Numbered from the stretch's first letter, positions 1 through 10,441 are shown. The stretch is DNA of 64,000 nucleotides from an uncultured Actinomycetes bacterium (GCA_963706025.1 CAVPLM010000005.1:352001-416000); one strand, 5' to 3'. Notes: generated by a model not told the origin, from the letters alone. Numbers and translations are program-made.

Positions 1-349
1 CGTGGTGGCCGTTGATGCCGAACGGGCGCTGGTCGTGGCAGGGCATGCAGAGGAATGTGAGGTGAGAGGGGTCGTCGTCGAGGGCGTGGTCCGGCATCGT
101 CTTGGGACGACTTTTTCTGGAACCGTCCAGCTGCGTTCGTCCGGCCAAGCGGTTCCGGCGCACGTAGGAGGGGAAGAAGGGGCCCCCGGGGCGGTGCTCC
201 ATGATGATCAGGTGTCGATCATCCTGGACGAACCCGTATGCGGCGTCGCTGCCGGGCAGACGGCTGTGATGTACGATGGAGACGTCGTGACGTTGGCCGG
301 GACCATCCGGTCCACTGCGCGCCGGGTCCGTGGAGAGCGGGGCCTCTAG
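1..349 (+). CDS. mnmA: tRNA 2-thiouridine synthase MnmA, C-terminal part (partial)
   Basis: C-terminal LDEPVCGVAAGQTAVMYDGDVV resembles the MnmA 'F.EP..AVTPGQ.AV.Y' motif; lies upstream of alaS as is common. Confidence 0.75.
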   Translation, partial: VVAVDAERALVVAGHAEECEVRGVVVEGVVRHRLGTTFSGTVQLRSSGQAVPAHVGGEEGAPGAVLHDDQVSIILDEPVCGVAAGQTAVMYDGDVVTLAGTIRSTARRVRGERGL

Positions 350-370
350 AGTCGGCCGGCACCGGGCCTA

Positions 371-379
371 TGGTATAGT
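371..379 (+). promoter_or_regulatory. Extended -10 promoter element (TGgTATAGT)
   Basis: TGnTATAGT about 35 nt upstream of the ATG at 414. Confidence 0.5.
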
Positions 380-413
380 TTTGACGTTTATAGCGGCTAG
401 AAAGGGGCAGACA

Positions 414-788
414 ATGGAATGGGATGCCGAAGCTTTCATGTATATCGCCATTGGCGTCTTCTTCCTCCTCTTCGGAGTGGGGCTCTTTTGGGCGCTTTTT
501 CGTCTTGCCTCTACGTTTCAGCGTTTGAACAGCACATTGGCCGACGTCAACACGCAAGTGATCCCCCTATTGACGCGGGTGGAGAGCACTCTTGACGGTG
601 TCAACTCCGAGCTCGGCAAGATCGATGAGATCACCGGTTCGGCGGCCGTGATGGCGAAGACGGCTGAGAACACCACCACCGCGGTCTACGGTATCGTCGC
701 TACGCCCCTAAAGAAGGTGGCGGGTGTGGCTGCTGGGGTCTATGAAGGAGTGGGGACGTTTGTGTTCGGAAAAGGTAAGGAGGCCTGA
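414..788 (+). CDS. DUF948/YtxG(YoxC)-like membrane protein
   Basis: N-terminal TM helix then coiled coil (LTRVESTLDGVNSELGKIDEIT); ATG at 414 after AAAGGGG; followed by a YtxH-like gene. Confidence 0.7.
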   Translation: MEWDAEAFMYIAIGVFFLLFGVGLFWALFRLASTFQRLNSTLADVNTQVIPLLTRVESTLDGVNSELGKIDEITGSAAVMAKTAENTTTAVYGIVATPLKKVAGVAAGVYEGVGTFVFGKGKEA

Positions 789-1045
789 TGGGCGCGTGTC
801 GTTCTCTGTTCGTCCTGACCGTCGGCGCAGCAATAGGGGGAGCACTGTTCCTGGCCTACAAGGTGTCCCAGGAGAGCGGGAAGAGCTTCCCGGAGGCGCT
901 GGCCGACGTTCCGGGCGAAGCTCAACGCCTGTTCTCCGATGTGCGAGGACGGGCCGAAGAAGCCTTTGCGCGGGGCCGCGAGGCCTACTATTCGAAGCAG
1001 TCGGAGATCGCGGAGAATCTGCAGGGCGCTGCGCAGGCCGAATAG
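788..1045 (+). CDS. YtxH-like small membrane-anchored protein
   Basis: GAAIGGALFLAY...SGK motif then charged helix; TGATG overlap with the upstream gene. Confidence 0.65.
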   Translation: MGACRSLFVLTVGAAIGGALFLAYKVSQESGKSFPEALADVPGEAQRLFSDVRGRAEEAFARGREAYYSKQSEIAENLQGAAQAE

Positions 1046-1065
1046 AGAGGCTGGCCCTAACAGGC

Positions 1066-1470
1066 GTGAGCGGCCCTTCGGACATCGCAGTCCTACGTAC
1101 TATCAGGGGTTCTCTTGCGCTGCCGCTCCTGCGGGTCTTCATCAGTGGTTTCGCCTCCCGTCATGACCTTTCGGTCGACCGGCTGGACGACATCCAGCTT
1201 GCGGTGGAGTCGCTGGTGGCCGACGAACCCGAAGACGGAGGCGACCTGGAGCTCGAGATCTTCGCGGATGGCGGCAGACTGACCTTGCGTCTCGACGGCC
1301 TCCTCAACCAATGCCTCAAAGCCGCCCTCTCGGCGACCGATGCCTTTCGCCCCCGCCACGGGTGTCCCTTGGATGTGCGCATGCTCCTCGATTCGTTGGT
1401 GGATGACTACCGGGTCGTGGACGAGAGTGCCGAGTCTTTTGCTGTCGAGATGGTGAAGCGGGCGTCTTAG
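1066..1470 (+). CDS. RsbW/SpoIIAB-like anti-sigma factor (divergent HATPase fold)
   Basis: LRVFISGFASRHDLSVDRLDDIQLAVESL...LLDSLVDDY...VEMVKR pattern of the RsbW family; abuts a sigma factor gene; GTG 1066 chosen instead of the ORF-track start. Confidence 0.65.
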   Translation: MSGPSDIAVLRTIRGSLALPLLRVFISGFASRHDLSVDRLDDIQLAVESLVADEPEDGGDLELEIFADGGRLTLRLDGLLNQCLKAALSATDAFRPRHGCPLDVRMLLDSLVDDYRVVDESAESFAVEMVKRAS

Positions 1471-2319
1471 GTGCAGGCATCGGGATCAGGGTATGGGCGC
1501 AGCCGGCCGCTGACCGCGTCTGGCCGTCATGGAGAGAGAATGGTGGATCTCCCGGAGCGGGAACTTCTGCTTCGGGTTCGGAGGGATGGAGATACGCTCG
1601 CTCGTGAGGAGCTCATAACCCGCTACCTTCCATTGGTCAAGAGCCTCGCCCGCCGCTTCGCGTCGCGTGGTCAACCGGTAGAGGATCTTATCCAGGTGGG
1701 GTCGATAGGGCTCATCAAAGCCATCGACCGTTTTGATCTGGACAGAGGGGTCGAGCTCTCCACCTATGCGACGCCGACCATCCTGGGGGAGATCAAGCGT
1801 TACTTCCGGGACAAGGGCTGGGCGGTCAAGGTCCCGAGGGCTTTGCAGGACCTGAACGTTCGTCTGAACCGGGTGGTGGAACAACTTACGGTGGAACTGC
1901 GACGTTCGCCGACCATAGGAGAATTGGCGGCAGCGGTAGAGGTGACCGAGGAGCAAGTCGTCGAGGCTCTGGAGAGTGGTAGGGCCTACAGTTCGGTCTC
2001 TATCTTCTCGGGCGGCACCAACGAAGAAGACGAATCCCTCGAACTGCTCGACTGCCTGGGCACCGAGGAGGAGGCGTACGAGATCTTCGAGCAACGGCGC
2101 GTGCTGGCTCCGGCGATGGGACGGCTGGATCCGCGCGAGCGCCTGATCCTGCATCTGCGGTTCTTCGAAGGTAGGACTCAGACCGAGATAGCGACTCGGA
2201 TCGGGATATCTCAGATGCACGTGTCGCGGCTCATACGGAATTCAATCGAGGATCTCCGCTCGTATATGGCGGAGGAAGAGAGCATGGCAGGATCGTCCGC
2301 GGGCAGAGACAAGGACTGA
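1471..2319 (+). CDS. SigB/SigF/SigG-family RNA polymerase sigma factor
   Basis: DLIQVGSIGLIKAIDRFD, YATPTILGEIKRYFRDKGWAVKVPR, TQTEIATRIGISQMHVSRL; alternative start ATG 1540. Confidence 0.92.
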   Translation: MQASGSGYGRSRPLTASGRHGERMVDLPERELLLRVRRDGDTLAREELITRYLPLVKSLARRFASRGQPVEDLIQVGSIGLIKAIDRFDLDRGVELSTYATPTILGEIKRYFRDKGWAVKVPRALQDLNVRLNRVVEQLTVELRRSPTIGELAAAVEVTEEQVVEALESGRAYSSVSIFSGGTNEEDESLELLDCLGTEEEAYEIFEQRRVLAPAMGRLDPRERLILHLRFFEGRTQTEIATRIGISQMHVSRLIRNSIEDLRSYMAEEESMAGSSAGRDKD

Positions 2320-2322
2320 ATC

Positions 2323-4940
2323 GTGAAGTCGGCTGAACTACGCAGGATGTATCTGGACTACTTCCTCGAGCGGGATCATTTGGTGATCCCCGGCTCCTCG
2401 CTGGTCCCGTACAAGGACCCCTCCGTGCTTCTGACCACTGCCGGGATGCAGCCGCTCAAACCCTACTTCATGGGCCTGGCAGAGCCGCCCAGCAGTCGTC
2501 TGGCCAGCGTCCAGAAGTGCTTCCGGACCTCGGACATCGATCGCGTGGGTCTGACGGCCCGCCACTGCACCTTCTTCGAGATGCTGGGCAACTTCTCGAT
2601 CGGCGACTACTTCAAAGAAGGGGCGATCCGTTTCGCCTGGGAGTACTCTCTCGACTACCTGCGACTCGAGCCGGAGCGGATCTGGATCTCCTATTTCGAG
2701 GGCGATGAGACGATCGAGGCCGACGAGGAGGCAATGCAGGTTTGGAGTGCCCTGGGGGTCCCCGCGGATAGGATGGTGGGTCTTCCCCGGAGTGCAAACT
2801 TCTGGGGCCCAGTGGGGCCCACCGGACCCTGCGGGCCCTGTTCTGAGCTGTACTACGATCGAGGGCCCGAACACGGCTGCTCCGACCCAGATTGTCGTCC
2901 GGGCTGCGAGTGCGACCGCTACGTGGAGTACTGGAATCTGGTCTTCACCGGCTACAACATGGACGAAAACCGGCGTCTGTCGCCGCTACCGGCCCAGAAC
3001 ATCGACACGGGGATGGGATTAGAGCGGGTGGCCGCCATCATGCAAGGGGTCTCATCGGTTTTCCTCACCGATCTTCTGAAACCCCTGATAGAGCTGGGGG
3101 AAGAAGTGGCGACCAAGCGGTTCGGCGATGACGAGAAGGTCGATGTGGCTCTGCGGGTTCTGGCCGATCACTCCCGGGCCATGACCTTCCTGGTAGCCGA
3201 TGGCGTCCTTCCGAGCAACGAGGGCCGGGGATACGTCTTGAGACGGGTCATCCGACGGGCGGCCCGTTTCAGTCGATCGGCCGGTATGGAACCCCCGCTC
3301 CTTCGGCGTTTCGCGGCCCGCACCATCGAGCTCATGGGCGGGGTCTACCCGGAACTGGGCGAACGGCGGGACACCATCTTGCGCGTGGTCCACTCGGAGG
3401 AAGAGCGTTTCAACCGCACGCTCGATCAGGGACTGGTGTTGGTGGAAGAGGCGATCGCCAGGGCGAAAGACGAAGGTGCGAGCGTCTTCCCCGCGGCGGT
3501 AGCGTTCCAGCTGCACGATACCTACGGATTCCCTGTCGAAGTGACTCGGGAGCTGGTCGAAGAGCAGGGTCTTAGTTTGAACCTCGGGGAGTTCGAGACA
3601 GCCATGGAAGACCAGCGGAACCGCGCTCGAGAGGCCCACAAAGGCGGGGGAGCCTATCAGGATGTCATCGCGCGGTTCGCTCGGGAGACGGTTCACCCGA
3701 CTGAGTTCAAAGGATACGAACACGAGGACCTCTACACGGTGGTCGAAAGGATCGAAGCCCTCGACGACGGCCGAGTGCTGGTGGCGTTGCGAGAGAGCCC
3801 CTTCTATGCGGAGATGGGGGGGCAGACCGCGGACACGGGCCTGATCGAGTCCGAGACCGGCGAGGCCGAGGTGGTGGACGTGCAGTCCCATGGACAGGTC
3901 CAGGTCATAGTGGCCCGTGTGCTTGAGGGGAGGATCGAGGCGAACACCCGGGTGAAGGCCGTCCTATCTTCAAGCCACCGTCACGACGTGGCGGCCAATC
4001 ACACGGCTACTCATCTGCTTCACTATGCCCTCCGGGCTCGCCTGGGCAAAGACGTCACCCAGGCCGGTTCCTCCGTGCGGGCCGACAAGCTCCGCTTCGA
4101 CTTTGCCTACCATGAGCCGCTTGGAGCGAAGCGCCTTGGGGAGATCGAGGACCTCGTCAATCGGCGCATCGTCGAGAACCATCCTGTGCGGGCTTTCACG
4201 ACCAGCCTGGAGCACGCCCGCGATCTGGGAGCAGTCGCACTCTTCGGCGAGAAATACGGAGAATTCGTGCGGGTCGTGGAGGTCGACGATTTCAGTCGCG
4301 AGCTCTGTGGGGGTACACACGTGGGTGGTACCAGCGAGCTGGGGATCTTCAAGATCGTATCCGAAGGCAGCGTGGGGGCCAATGTGCGCCGGATCGAGGC
4401 CTTATCCGGACGGGCGGCGGTGGCCTATTACCGGGGGCGGGATGCCCTGGTGGCGGAGACGGCCGGTGCGCTCGGCGCTACTGAAGACCAGCTGCCGGCT
4501 TCGGTGGTCAAGCTGCAGGCGAGAGTGGAGGCGCTGGAGGCGGAGGTCAAGCACCTCCTCTCCCGTACGACCGTGGACGTAGTGGGCTCCCTGGTCGATA
4601 GCGCCGAGAAGCGGGATGGAGTCTCTCTTGTCACGGGGGTAGTGGAAGCCAGAGACATGGACCATATGCTTTCGTTGGTCGACCGGGTCCGAGATCGTAT
4701 CCAACCTGGCGTAGTGGCTCTCGGCGCCGATCTGCAGGGCAAAGCAACCTTGGTGGTCAGTGTCAGCCAGGGGCTAGATAGTGTCGACGCCGGTCAGATC
4801 GTCAAAGGCTCCGCTCGCGAGTTCCAGGGCGGTGGTGGAGGCACCCGGCAGTTGGGTCGCGGGGGGGAGGGGATCCCACGAAGCTCCCGGAAGCGGTGGC
4901 GGCTGCGCGCGATGCCGTGCTGGCCGCCCTTGGTGGGTGA
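2323..4940 (+). CDS. alaS: Alanine--tRNA ligase (1-nt deletion in G run 4861-4867)
   Basis: TAGMQPLKPYF, RHCTFFEMLGNFS, NHTATHLLH, ELCGGTHV; one added G restores the DHHA1 end GGGGDPTKLPEAVAAARDAVLAALGG-TGA(4938-4940), adjacent to the ruvX ATG. Confidence 0.95.
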
Positions 4941-5345
4941 ATGCGCGTACTGGGAGTGGATCTGGGGCGCTCCCGAACCGGGCTTGCCTTGTCCGATCCC
5001 CACGAGGTGGCGTGCTCGCCGCTGGAAGTCCTGGAGGAACGAAACGAGGAACAACTGCTTCAGAAGATCATGCAGGTGGCTGAGGAACACGACGTGGCCC
5101 AGATCGTAGTGGGGCTGCCCCGACCCTTGTCGGGCGGGACCAATCCTCAGTACGAGGGCGTCCTGGTGTTCGTGGAAGCCTTGACGGGACGTTCGCCGGT
5201 GCCCGTCGTCACCTGGGACGAGCGGTTCACTTCGAAGCTGGCGGAAAGGGGAAGGAGCAGGAGACGCCCGCAGGACTCCGTAGCCGCCTGCTACATTCTG
5301 CAGAGCTATCTGGACTCTCGAGCAAGCCGGAGGAGAGACGAATGA
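4941..5345 (+). CDS. ruvX: Holliday junction resolvase-like RuvX/YqgF
   Basis: VLGVDLG...VVGLP...WDERFTS...DSVAACYILQSYLD. Confidence 0.93.
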   Translation: MRVLGVDLGRSRTGLALSDPHEVACSPLEVLEERNEEQLLQKIMQVAEEHDVAQIVVGLPRPLSGGTNPQYEGVLVFVEALTGRSPVPVVTWDERFTSKLAERGRSRRRPQDSVAACYILQSYLDSRASRRRDE

Positions 5346-6476
5346 GCTATCCCTCACGACCACCGTCCTCGCAGTGGCCATCGGGTCCGGGCGTTAGCGG
5401 CGATCCCTGGGGGCCCGGTGACCGCCGGCGCAGACGATGGATCACCCGGATCCTCATCGTTATCGCTTTCGTCGCGAGCATCTCCATCGTGGCTTATGTC
5501 GTCGACAGAGGGGTCAGTTGGGTGCAGGAGCGATCCACGACCAGCACCACTCAGGCGGCGGAGAACCCGACGATCAGAGTGGTCATCTCCTCCGGAATGA
5601 CGGCCACGCAGGTGGGGAAAGTACTGGAGGAGGAAGGGGTGATAGAGTCCTCCTCGGCCTTCGTCGACCTTGTCAAGTCGCGAGGAAGCGAAGGCAAATT
5701 GCGTCCGGGTACCTACCGGTTCGCGAGTGACTTGGAGTTGATCGAGGTCGTCGACGCGCTGGAGAGGGGCGAAGGGCTCGAGCAGTTTTAGGCTGACCAT
5801 TCCCGAGGGTCTGGCCATCAGCCAGACGGCGGAATTGCTGGATGAGGAGGGGACCATCAACGGCGACGACTACGCCGATCTGGCGTCAAAGCCGGAGGAG
5901 TTCGTCGTCCCCGCCGTCGGGGGTGAGGTACCCGAGGTTACGACTTTGGAGGGTCTGCTGTTTCCCAGTACCTACTTCTTACTCATCGGAGACGGCGCCA
6001 CGGAGTTGATCGGCGCTCAACTGGCCGCCTTCGAGGCGAAAACGGCTTCGCTTCCGTGGGAGAAGGCGGAGGCTCTCGGGCTCACCCCGTATGAGGTCGT
6101 CGTCGTGGCCTCTTTGATCGAGAAGGAGGCAAGCATCGCCAAGGAGAGGCCGCTGATCTCGGCTGTGATCCGTAACCGGATCAAGGAAGATATGACCCTG
6201 GGCATCGACGCCACCGTGCGCTATGCGGTCGACAAGTGGACGGGACCCCTGACCAGTGAGGACCTGGAGGTCGACTCGCCCTATAACACCCGCATCTTCA
6301 AGGGTCTTCCGCCGACCCCCATTTGCAGTCCGGGCGTGGACGCCCTGCGCGCTGCTCTGGAGCCGGCCGCAGTGGACTATCTCTACTACGTTCTTGAAGA
6401 TACGGACGGCAATCACTTCTTCACCGCGGACTACGAGGAATTTCTCCAGGCCAAGGAGAACGCCCCTTCCCAGTAG
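5342..6476 (+). CDS. mltG: Endolytic transglycosylase MltG (extra T at 5786-5789 splits it into two ORFs)
   Basis: TM + LRPGTYRF, then in the shifted frame RLTIPEGL, LEGLLFPSTY, ASLIEKEA, SPYNT...GLPPTPICSPG. Confidence 0.9.
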
Positions 6477-6590
6477 CCGCGGCCCCTTGGGGGCACGGAC
6501 CAGTCTCTTACTTAGGTCATAGGCCGCATCCCTCCAGGGTGCGCTAGTCTGTGCGTATGAGGCACCGACCATCGCCGGAGGTGATATCCC

Positions 6591-7457
6591 ATGGAAGCGA
6601 GATCTCTCGATGTCACGGCCCGCACCGGCCTGGTGGCCGTGCTGGGTCATCCAGTGACCCATTCTCTATCTCCCCGGATGCACAATGCTGCCTTTCGCGC
6701 GCACAACATCGACATGGTCTACCTGGCCTTCGACGTGTATCCCGACCGGCTGAGACAGGCCGTGGAGGGCCTAAGGGCCTTCGGGATGAGAGGGGCGAAC
6801 GTCACTCTGCCTCACAAGGAGGAAGTGGTCCCCCTGTTGGATGTAGTGGATCCGCGGGCAGCGCGCCTGGGGGCGGTGAACACGATCGTCAACGATCAAG
6901 GCAGTCTGGTCGGCTACAACACGGACGTGGCCGGATTCCTGGCGGCCTTGCGTACGATCCGCGCAGAAGGCGCCCGCGACCTTCGTTGTCTCGTCGTGGG
7001 CGCCGGGGGGGCGGCTCGAGCGGTCGTGGCGGCCTTGAGCGAGGACCGCGCGGCCGAGATACTGATCCACAACCGCACTCAGGAGCGTTCGGTCTCGCTT
7101 CGTGAGTCGGCGCGACTCTGGGGCGAGTCTCGCTGTGAAGTGGTGGCCGCCGCCGACCTGAGGGCCGTAGCCCGAGGCGCCGACCTGGTGGTCAACGCAA
7201 CCTCCGTGGGCCTTCCTCCTTCGGTCAAGGAGTCGGCCGTTCCTGTCGATATTCTGGACAGCCACCACCTGGTGATGGATGTGGTCTACAGCCCGCACTC
7301 CACCACTCTGGTGGCCACGGCCGCGGCAAGAGGCGCGATTGCTCTCGATGGCAGAGAGATGCTGGTGATGCAGGCGGCCGATTCGTATCGCCTGTGGACC
7401 GGCCTCGAGCCGCCCGTGGAGGCGATGCGGGAGAGTCTCGATCGGCACGAAAGGTGA
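6591..7457 (+). CDS. aroE: Shikimate dehydrogenase
   Basis: GHPVTHSLSPRMHN, GANVTLPHK, GAVNT, GYNTD, GAGGAARA; SD GGAGGTGA. Confidence 0.95.
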   Translation: MEARSLDVTARTGLVAVLGHPVTHSLSPRMHNAAFRAHNIDMVYLAFDVYPDRLRQAVEGLRAFGMRGANVTLPHKEEVVPLLDVVDPRAARLGAVNTIVNDQGSLVGYNTDVAGFLAALRTIRAEGARDLRCLVVGAGGAARAVVAALSEDRAAEILIHNRTQERSVSLRESARLWGESRCEVVAAADLRAVARGADLVVNATSVGLPPSVKESAVPVDILDSHHLVMDVVYSPHSTTLVATAAARGAIALDGREMLVMQAADSYRLWTGLEPPVEAMRESLDRHER

Positions 7458-9194
7458 ATGGAACCCATGCAGGCAGCCAGAGAGGAGAACCCCGAGCAGA
7501 AGCTGGTAGGCAAGCGGGTCGGGGAAGTGTTCGTCGAGATGGGCCTGCTCACTCAGGAACAGATCGATCAGATCCTTGCCGAGAAGCACGTCTCTCATCT
7601 TCGCATCGGTGACATAGCCGTTGCTCGCGGCTGGGTGACCAAGAACGACCTCATGGAGGCGCTCTCGCGGCGTCTGGGCATCAAGTATCTGGATCTGGGC
7701 AGTATCAAGATCGATCCGGTCGCCTCCGACCTCATCTCGGAGAAAGACGCTCGTCGCTACTCCGCCATCCCCGTCAGCTTCGTCGACGAGCACACGCTGC
7801 TCGTGGCTATGGCCGATCCCTCCAACATCGTCGCCATCGACGACCTGAGGATCCTCACGGGTTTCGACATAGAACCGGCCATCTCCAGCAGCGAAGACAT
7901 CGTCGCGATGCTGGGCAAGATGAGGCGCGCGGACGAGCAGATCTCGGAGCACCTGGGAGGCAGGGGGCACGATTCCGAAGACGAGCCCAGCCTGGACGAG
8001 CTACGCGACATCAGGGAACAGGTCGATGCCGCCCCGGTCGTCAAGCTCGTGAATGGGGTGCTGGCCCGAGCGGCCGACGAGGGAGCTTCCGACGTCCATT
8101 TCGAGCCCCAGGCGAAAGAGCTGCTCATCAGATTCCGGCACGACGGTGTGCTCCACGAGATCATGACCATCCCCAAGCGGCTTCAGGCCGGAGTGGTGTC
8201 GCGCCTCAAGATCATGGCCGACCTGGACATCGCTGAACGCCGGGTACCGCAGGATGGGCGGATCGGGCTCACGGTGGGGGGTAGGCCGATCGACATGAGA
8301 GTGGCCTCTCTGCCCACGGTCTACGGGGAGAAGATCGTCATACGGTTGCTGGATCGATCGAACGTGATGCTGCGTCTCGAGGAACTGGGGTTCTCCGACG
8401 CTGCCCTGGCCCGCTACAAGCGTTCTTTCATGAAGCCGTACGGCGCCGTGATGGTCACCGGGCCCACCGGCTCGGGGAAGTCGACGACGCTATACGGCAC
8501 GCTCAACATCCTGAACACGCCGGAAAAGAACATCATCACAGTCGAAGACCCGGTGGAATACCGGCTGGCGGGGATCAATCAGGTACAGATCAACCCCAAG
8601 GCCGGCCTGACGTTCGCCTCCGGGCTGCGCTCTATCCTGCGCTGCGACCCCGACATCATCATGGTAGGCGAGATCCGGGACAGGGAAACGGCGCTGATAG
8701 CTATCGAGTCGGCTTTGACCGGGCACCTCGTGCTCTCCACTCTCCACACCAACAATGCCCCAGGCGCGCTATCCCGGTTGACGGAAATGGGGGTCGAGCC
8801 CTTTCTCACCGCTTCGGCGGTCGATTGCGTCATCGCCCAGCGGCTGGTGCGGCGCCTCTGCGAGCATTGTCGCGAGGAGTACAAACCCACTCAGGAGATG
8901 CTGGAGCGGCTTGAGTTCCCCGAGGAAGCGGTAAAGAACTGGAAGGGAATCACGCTCTATCGAGCGACAGGCTGCAGCCGCTGCAGCACGACTGGATACA
9001 AGGGCCGGCTCGGCATCTACGAGATCATGCCGGTAAGCGAGGCAATAGAAAGACTCATTGTCGAGCGCAAGAGTGCCGATGAGATAGGGCGGGTGGCGCA
9101 TGCAGAAGGCATGGGCACCCTCCGGGAAGACGGCCTCGAGCGCGTGCTCCAGGGTTTGACGAGCATAGAGGAGATCTCCCGGGTCATCGTGTAG
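7458..9194 (+). CDS. pilB: Type IV pilus extension ATPase PilB with N-terminal MshEN-like domain
   Basis: ASDVHFEP, LDIAERRVPQDG, GPTGSGKST, TVEDPVEY, LRCDPDIIMVGEIRD, tetracysteine zinc motif. Confidence 0.93.
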   Translation: MEPMQAAREENPEQKLVGKRVGEVFVEMGLLTQEQIDQILAEKHVSHLRIGDIAVARGWVTKNDLMEALSRRLGIKYLDLGSIKIDPVASDLISEKDARRYSAIPVSFVDEHTLLVAMADPSNIVAIDDLRILTGFDIEPAISSSEDIVAMLGKMRRADEQISEHLGGRGHDSEDEPSLDELRDIREQVDAAPVVKLVNGVLARAADEGASDVHFEPQAKELLIRFRHDGVLHEIMTIPKRLQAGVVSRLKIMADLDIAERRVPQDGRIGLTVGGRPIDMRVASLPTVYGEKIVIRLLDRSNVMLRLEELGFSDAALARYKRSFMKPYGAVMVTGPTGSGKSTTLYGTLNILNTPEKNIITVEDPVEYRLAGINQVQINPKAGLTFASGLRSILRCDPDIIMVGEIRDRETALIAIESALTGHLVLSTLHTNNAPGALSRLTEMGVEPFLTASAVDCVIAQRLVRRLCEHCREEYKPTQEMLERLEFPEEAVKNWKGITLYRATGCSRCSTTGYKGRLGIYEIMPVSEAIERLIVERKSADEIGRVAHAEGMGTLREDGLERVLQGLTSIEEISRVIV

Positions 9195-9229
9195 GGTCGA
9201 TCAAGCACTCGGCGTAAGGGGCTGGGGCC

Positions 9230-10294
9230 ATGGACATGGCTGAGATTCTGAAGGAAGTGGTGAACAGGAAGGCGTCCGATCTCCATCTGGCGGTGGGGGT
9301 ACCGCCGGTCGTACGGATCGACGGACATCTGCAGAGCCTGGACTATCCGGCGCTCGAGGCCAGCGAGGCTCGAGAACTGATCTACAGCATTCTCTCTCAG
9401 GATCAGCGCCAGAGACTGGAGACCGACTGGGAAGTGGATTTCTCCTACTCGCTCTACGGGCACGCGCGTTTCCGCGTCAACGCCCATTTCCAGCGAGGGA
9501 CAGTGGGGGGGGCCTTCAGGCTGGTGCCGACCGGGATCAAGACCATCGAAGAGCTGGGATTGCCCAAGGTCATTCACTCTTTCTGTCATAAGCCGCGGGG
9601 GTTCGTGCTGGTCACCGGTCCCACGGGTTCGGGTAAGTCGACCACTTTGGCGGCCATCATCGATGAGATAAACGGCGCCCGTGCCGATCACATAGTGACC
9701 ATCGAAGATCCCATCGAGTTCCTGCACAGTCACAAGCGTTGCGTGGTCATCCAGAGGGAAGTGGGCAACGATACGAAGGCCTTCCCGATTGCCCTCCGCT
9801 CCGCCCTGCGGCAGGATCCCGACATCATCCTCATCGGGGAGATGAGGGACCTCGAGACCATCCAGATCGCTCTCACGGCGGCAGAGACCGGACACCTCGT
9901 GTTCGCGACGCTGCACACGCAGGACTGTCCCCAGACCATCGACCGCATGGTCGACGTCTTCCCTCCGCACCAGCAGGAGCAGATCCGGGTGCAGATAGCA
10001 GCGACCCTAGAGGGCATCGTGACGCAGCAGTTGCTGCCCAAGGCCTCCCGGGAGGGGAGGGTGGCTGCCTGCGAGGTGTTGATAGCCACACCCGCCTGCC
10101 GGAACCTCATCCGAGAGGGCAAGACCCATCAGCTCTATACCGTCATGCAGACGGGGGGCCCGCAGGGGATGCAGACGATGAACACGTCCCTGGCCGATCT
10201 GGTCCGCAGGGGTCAGATAACCAGAGATCTTGCGATCCGGCGTTCATCGGTCCCGGATGAACTCGAGAGACTGCTGCTGGCCGGCGCAGCTTGA
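9230..10294 (+). CDS. pilT: Type IV pilus retraction ATPase PilT
   Basis: ASDLHL, GPTGSGKSTT, TIEDPIEF, LRQDPDIILIGEMRD, AAETGHLV, ACRNLIRE (AIRNLIRE-like), GMQT. Confidence 0.95.
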   Translation: MDMAEILKEVVNRKASDLHLAVGVPPVVRIDGHLQSLDYPALEASEARELIYSILSQDQRQRLETDWEVDFSYSLYGHARFRVNAHFQRGTVGGAFRLVPTGIKTIEELGLPKVIHSFCHKPRGFVLVTGPTGSGKSTTLAAIIDEINGARADHIVTIEDPIEFLHSHKRCVVIQREVGNDTKAFPIALRSALRQDPDIILIGEMRDLETIQIALTAAETGHLVFATLHTQDCPQTIDRMVDVFPPHQQEQIRVQIAATLEGIVTQQLLPKASREGRVAACEVLIATPACRNLIREGKTHQLYTVMQTGGPQGMQTMNTSLADLVRRGQITRDLAIRRSSVPDELERLLLAGAA

Positions 10295-10360
10295 GCAATG
10301 CTTCACAAGTGAGCGATGGGCACCAGCGGAGCGGGGGAGGCTCGTCGTGCGATACCGACT

Positions 10361-10387
10361 TGAGAGTTTGGCGCGAATAGCCGATAG
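10361..10387 (+). promoter_or_regulatory. Possible sigma28/WhiG-type promoter for pilC
   Basis: GCCGATAG (10380-10387) in the pilT-pilC gap; -35 only TGAG at 15-nt spacing. Confidence 0.35.
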
Positions 10388-10441
10388 AACGAGTGAGAAG
10401 CCAGCAGGCTGACACAGACACCAACGGAGGAGCGGGGCGGC

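Noticed and set aside
386-410. GTTTA-N14-GGGCAG as a SigB/SigF promoter for the ytxG-like gene
   Set aside because: The -10 is non-consensus, coincides with the SD and ends 3 nt before the ATG, so the TSS would fall inside the gene
4941-5109. C-terminal extension of AlaS in the ORF track
   Set aside because: Product of the G-run frameshift; it overlaps ruvX
6771-7970. Long antisense ORFs (here and opposite many other genes)
   Set aside because: Shadow ORFs typical of high-GC coding DNA, with no family motifs
10295-10441. c-di-GMP riboswitch upstream of pilC (also checked upstream of pilD and pilM)
   Set aside because: No GGCAAA...GAAA...GACGCAAAG class I core was visible; an Rfam scan would be decisive
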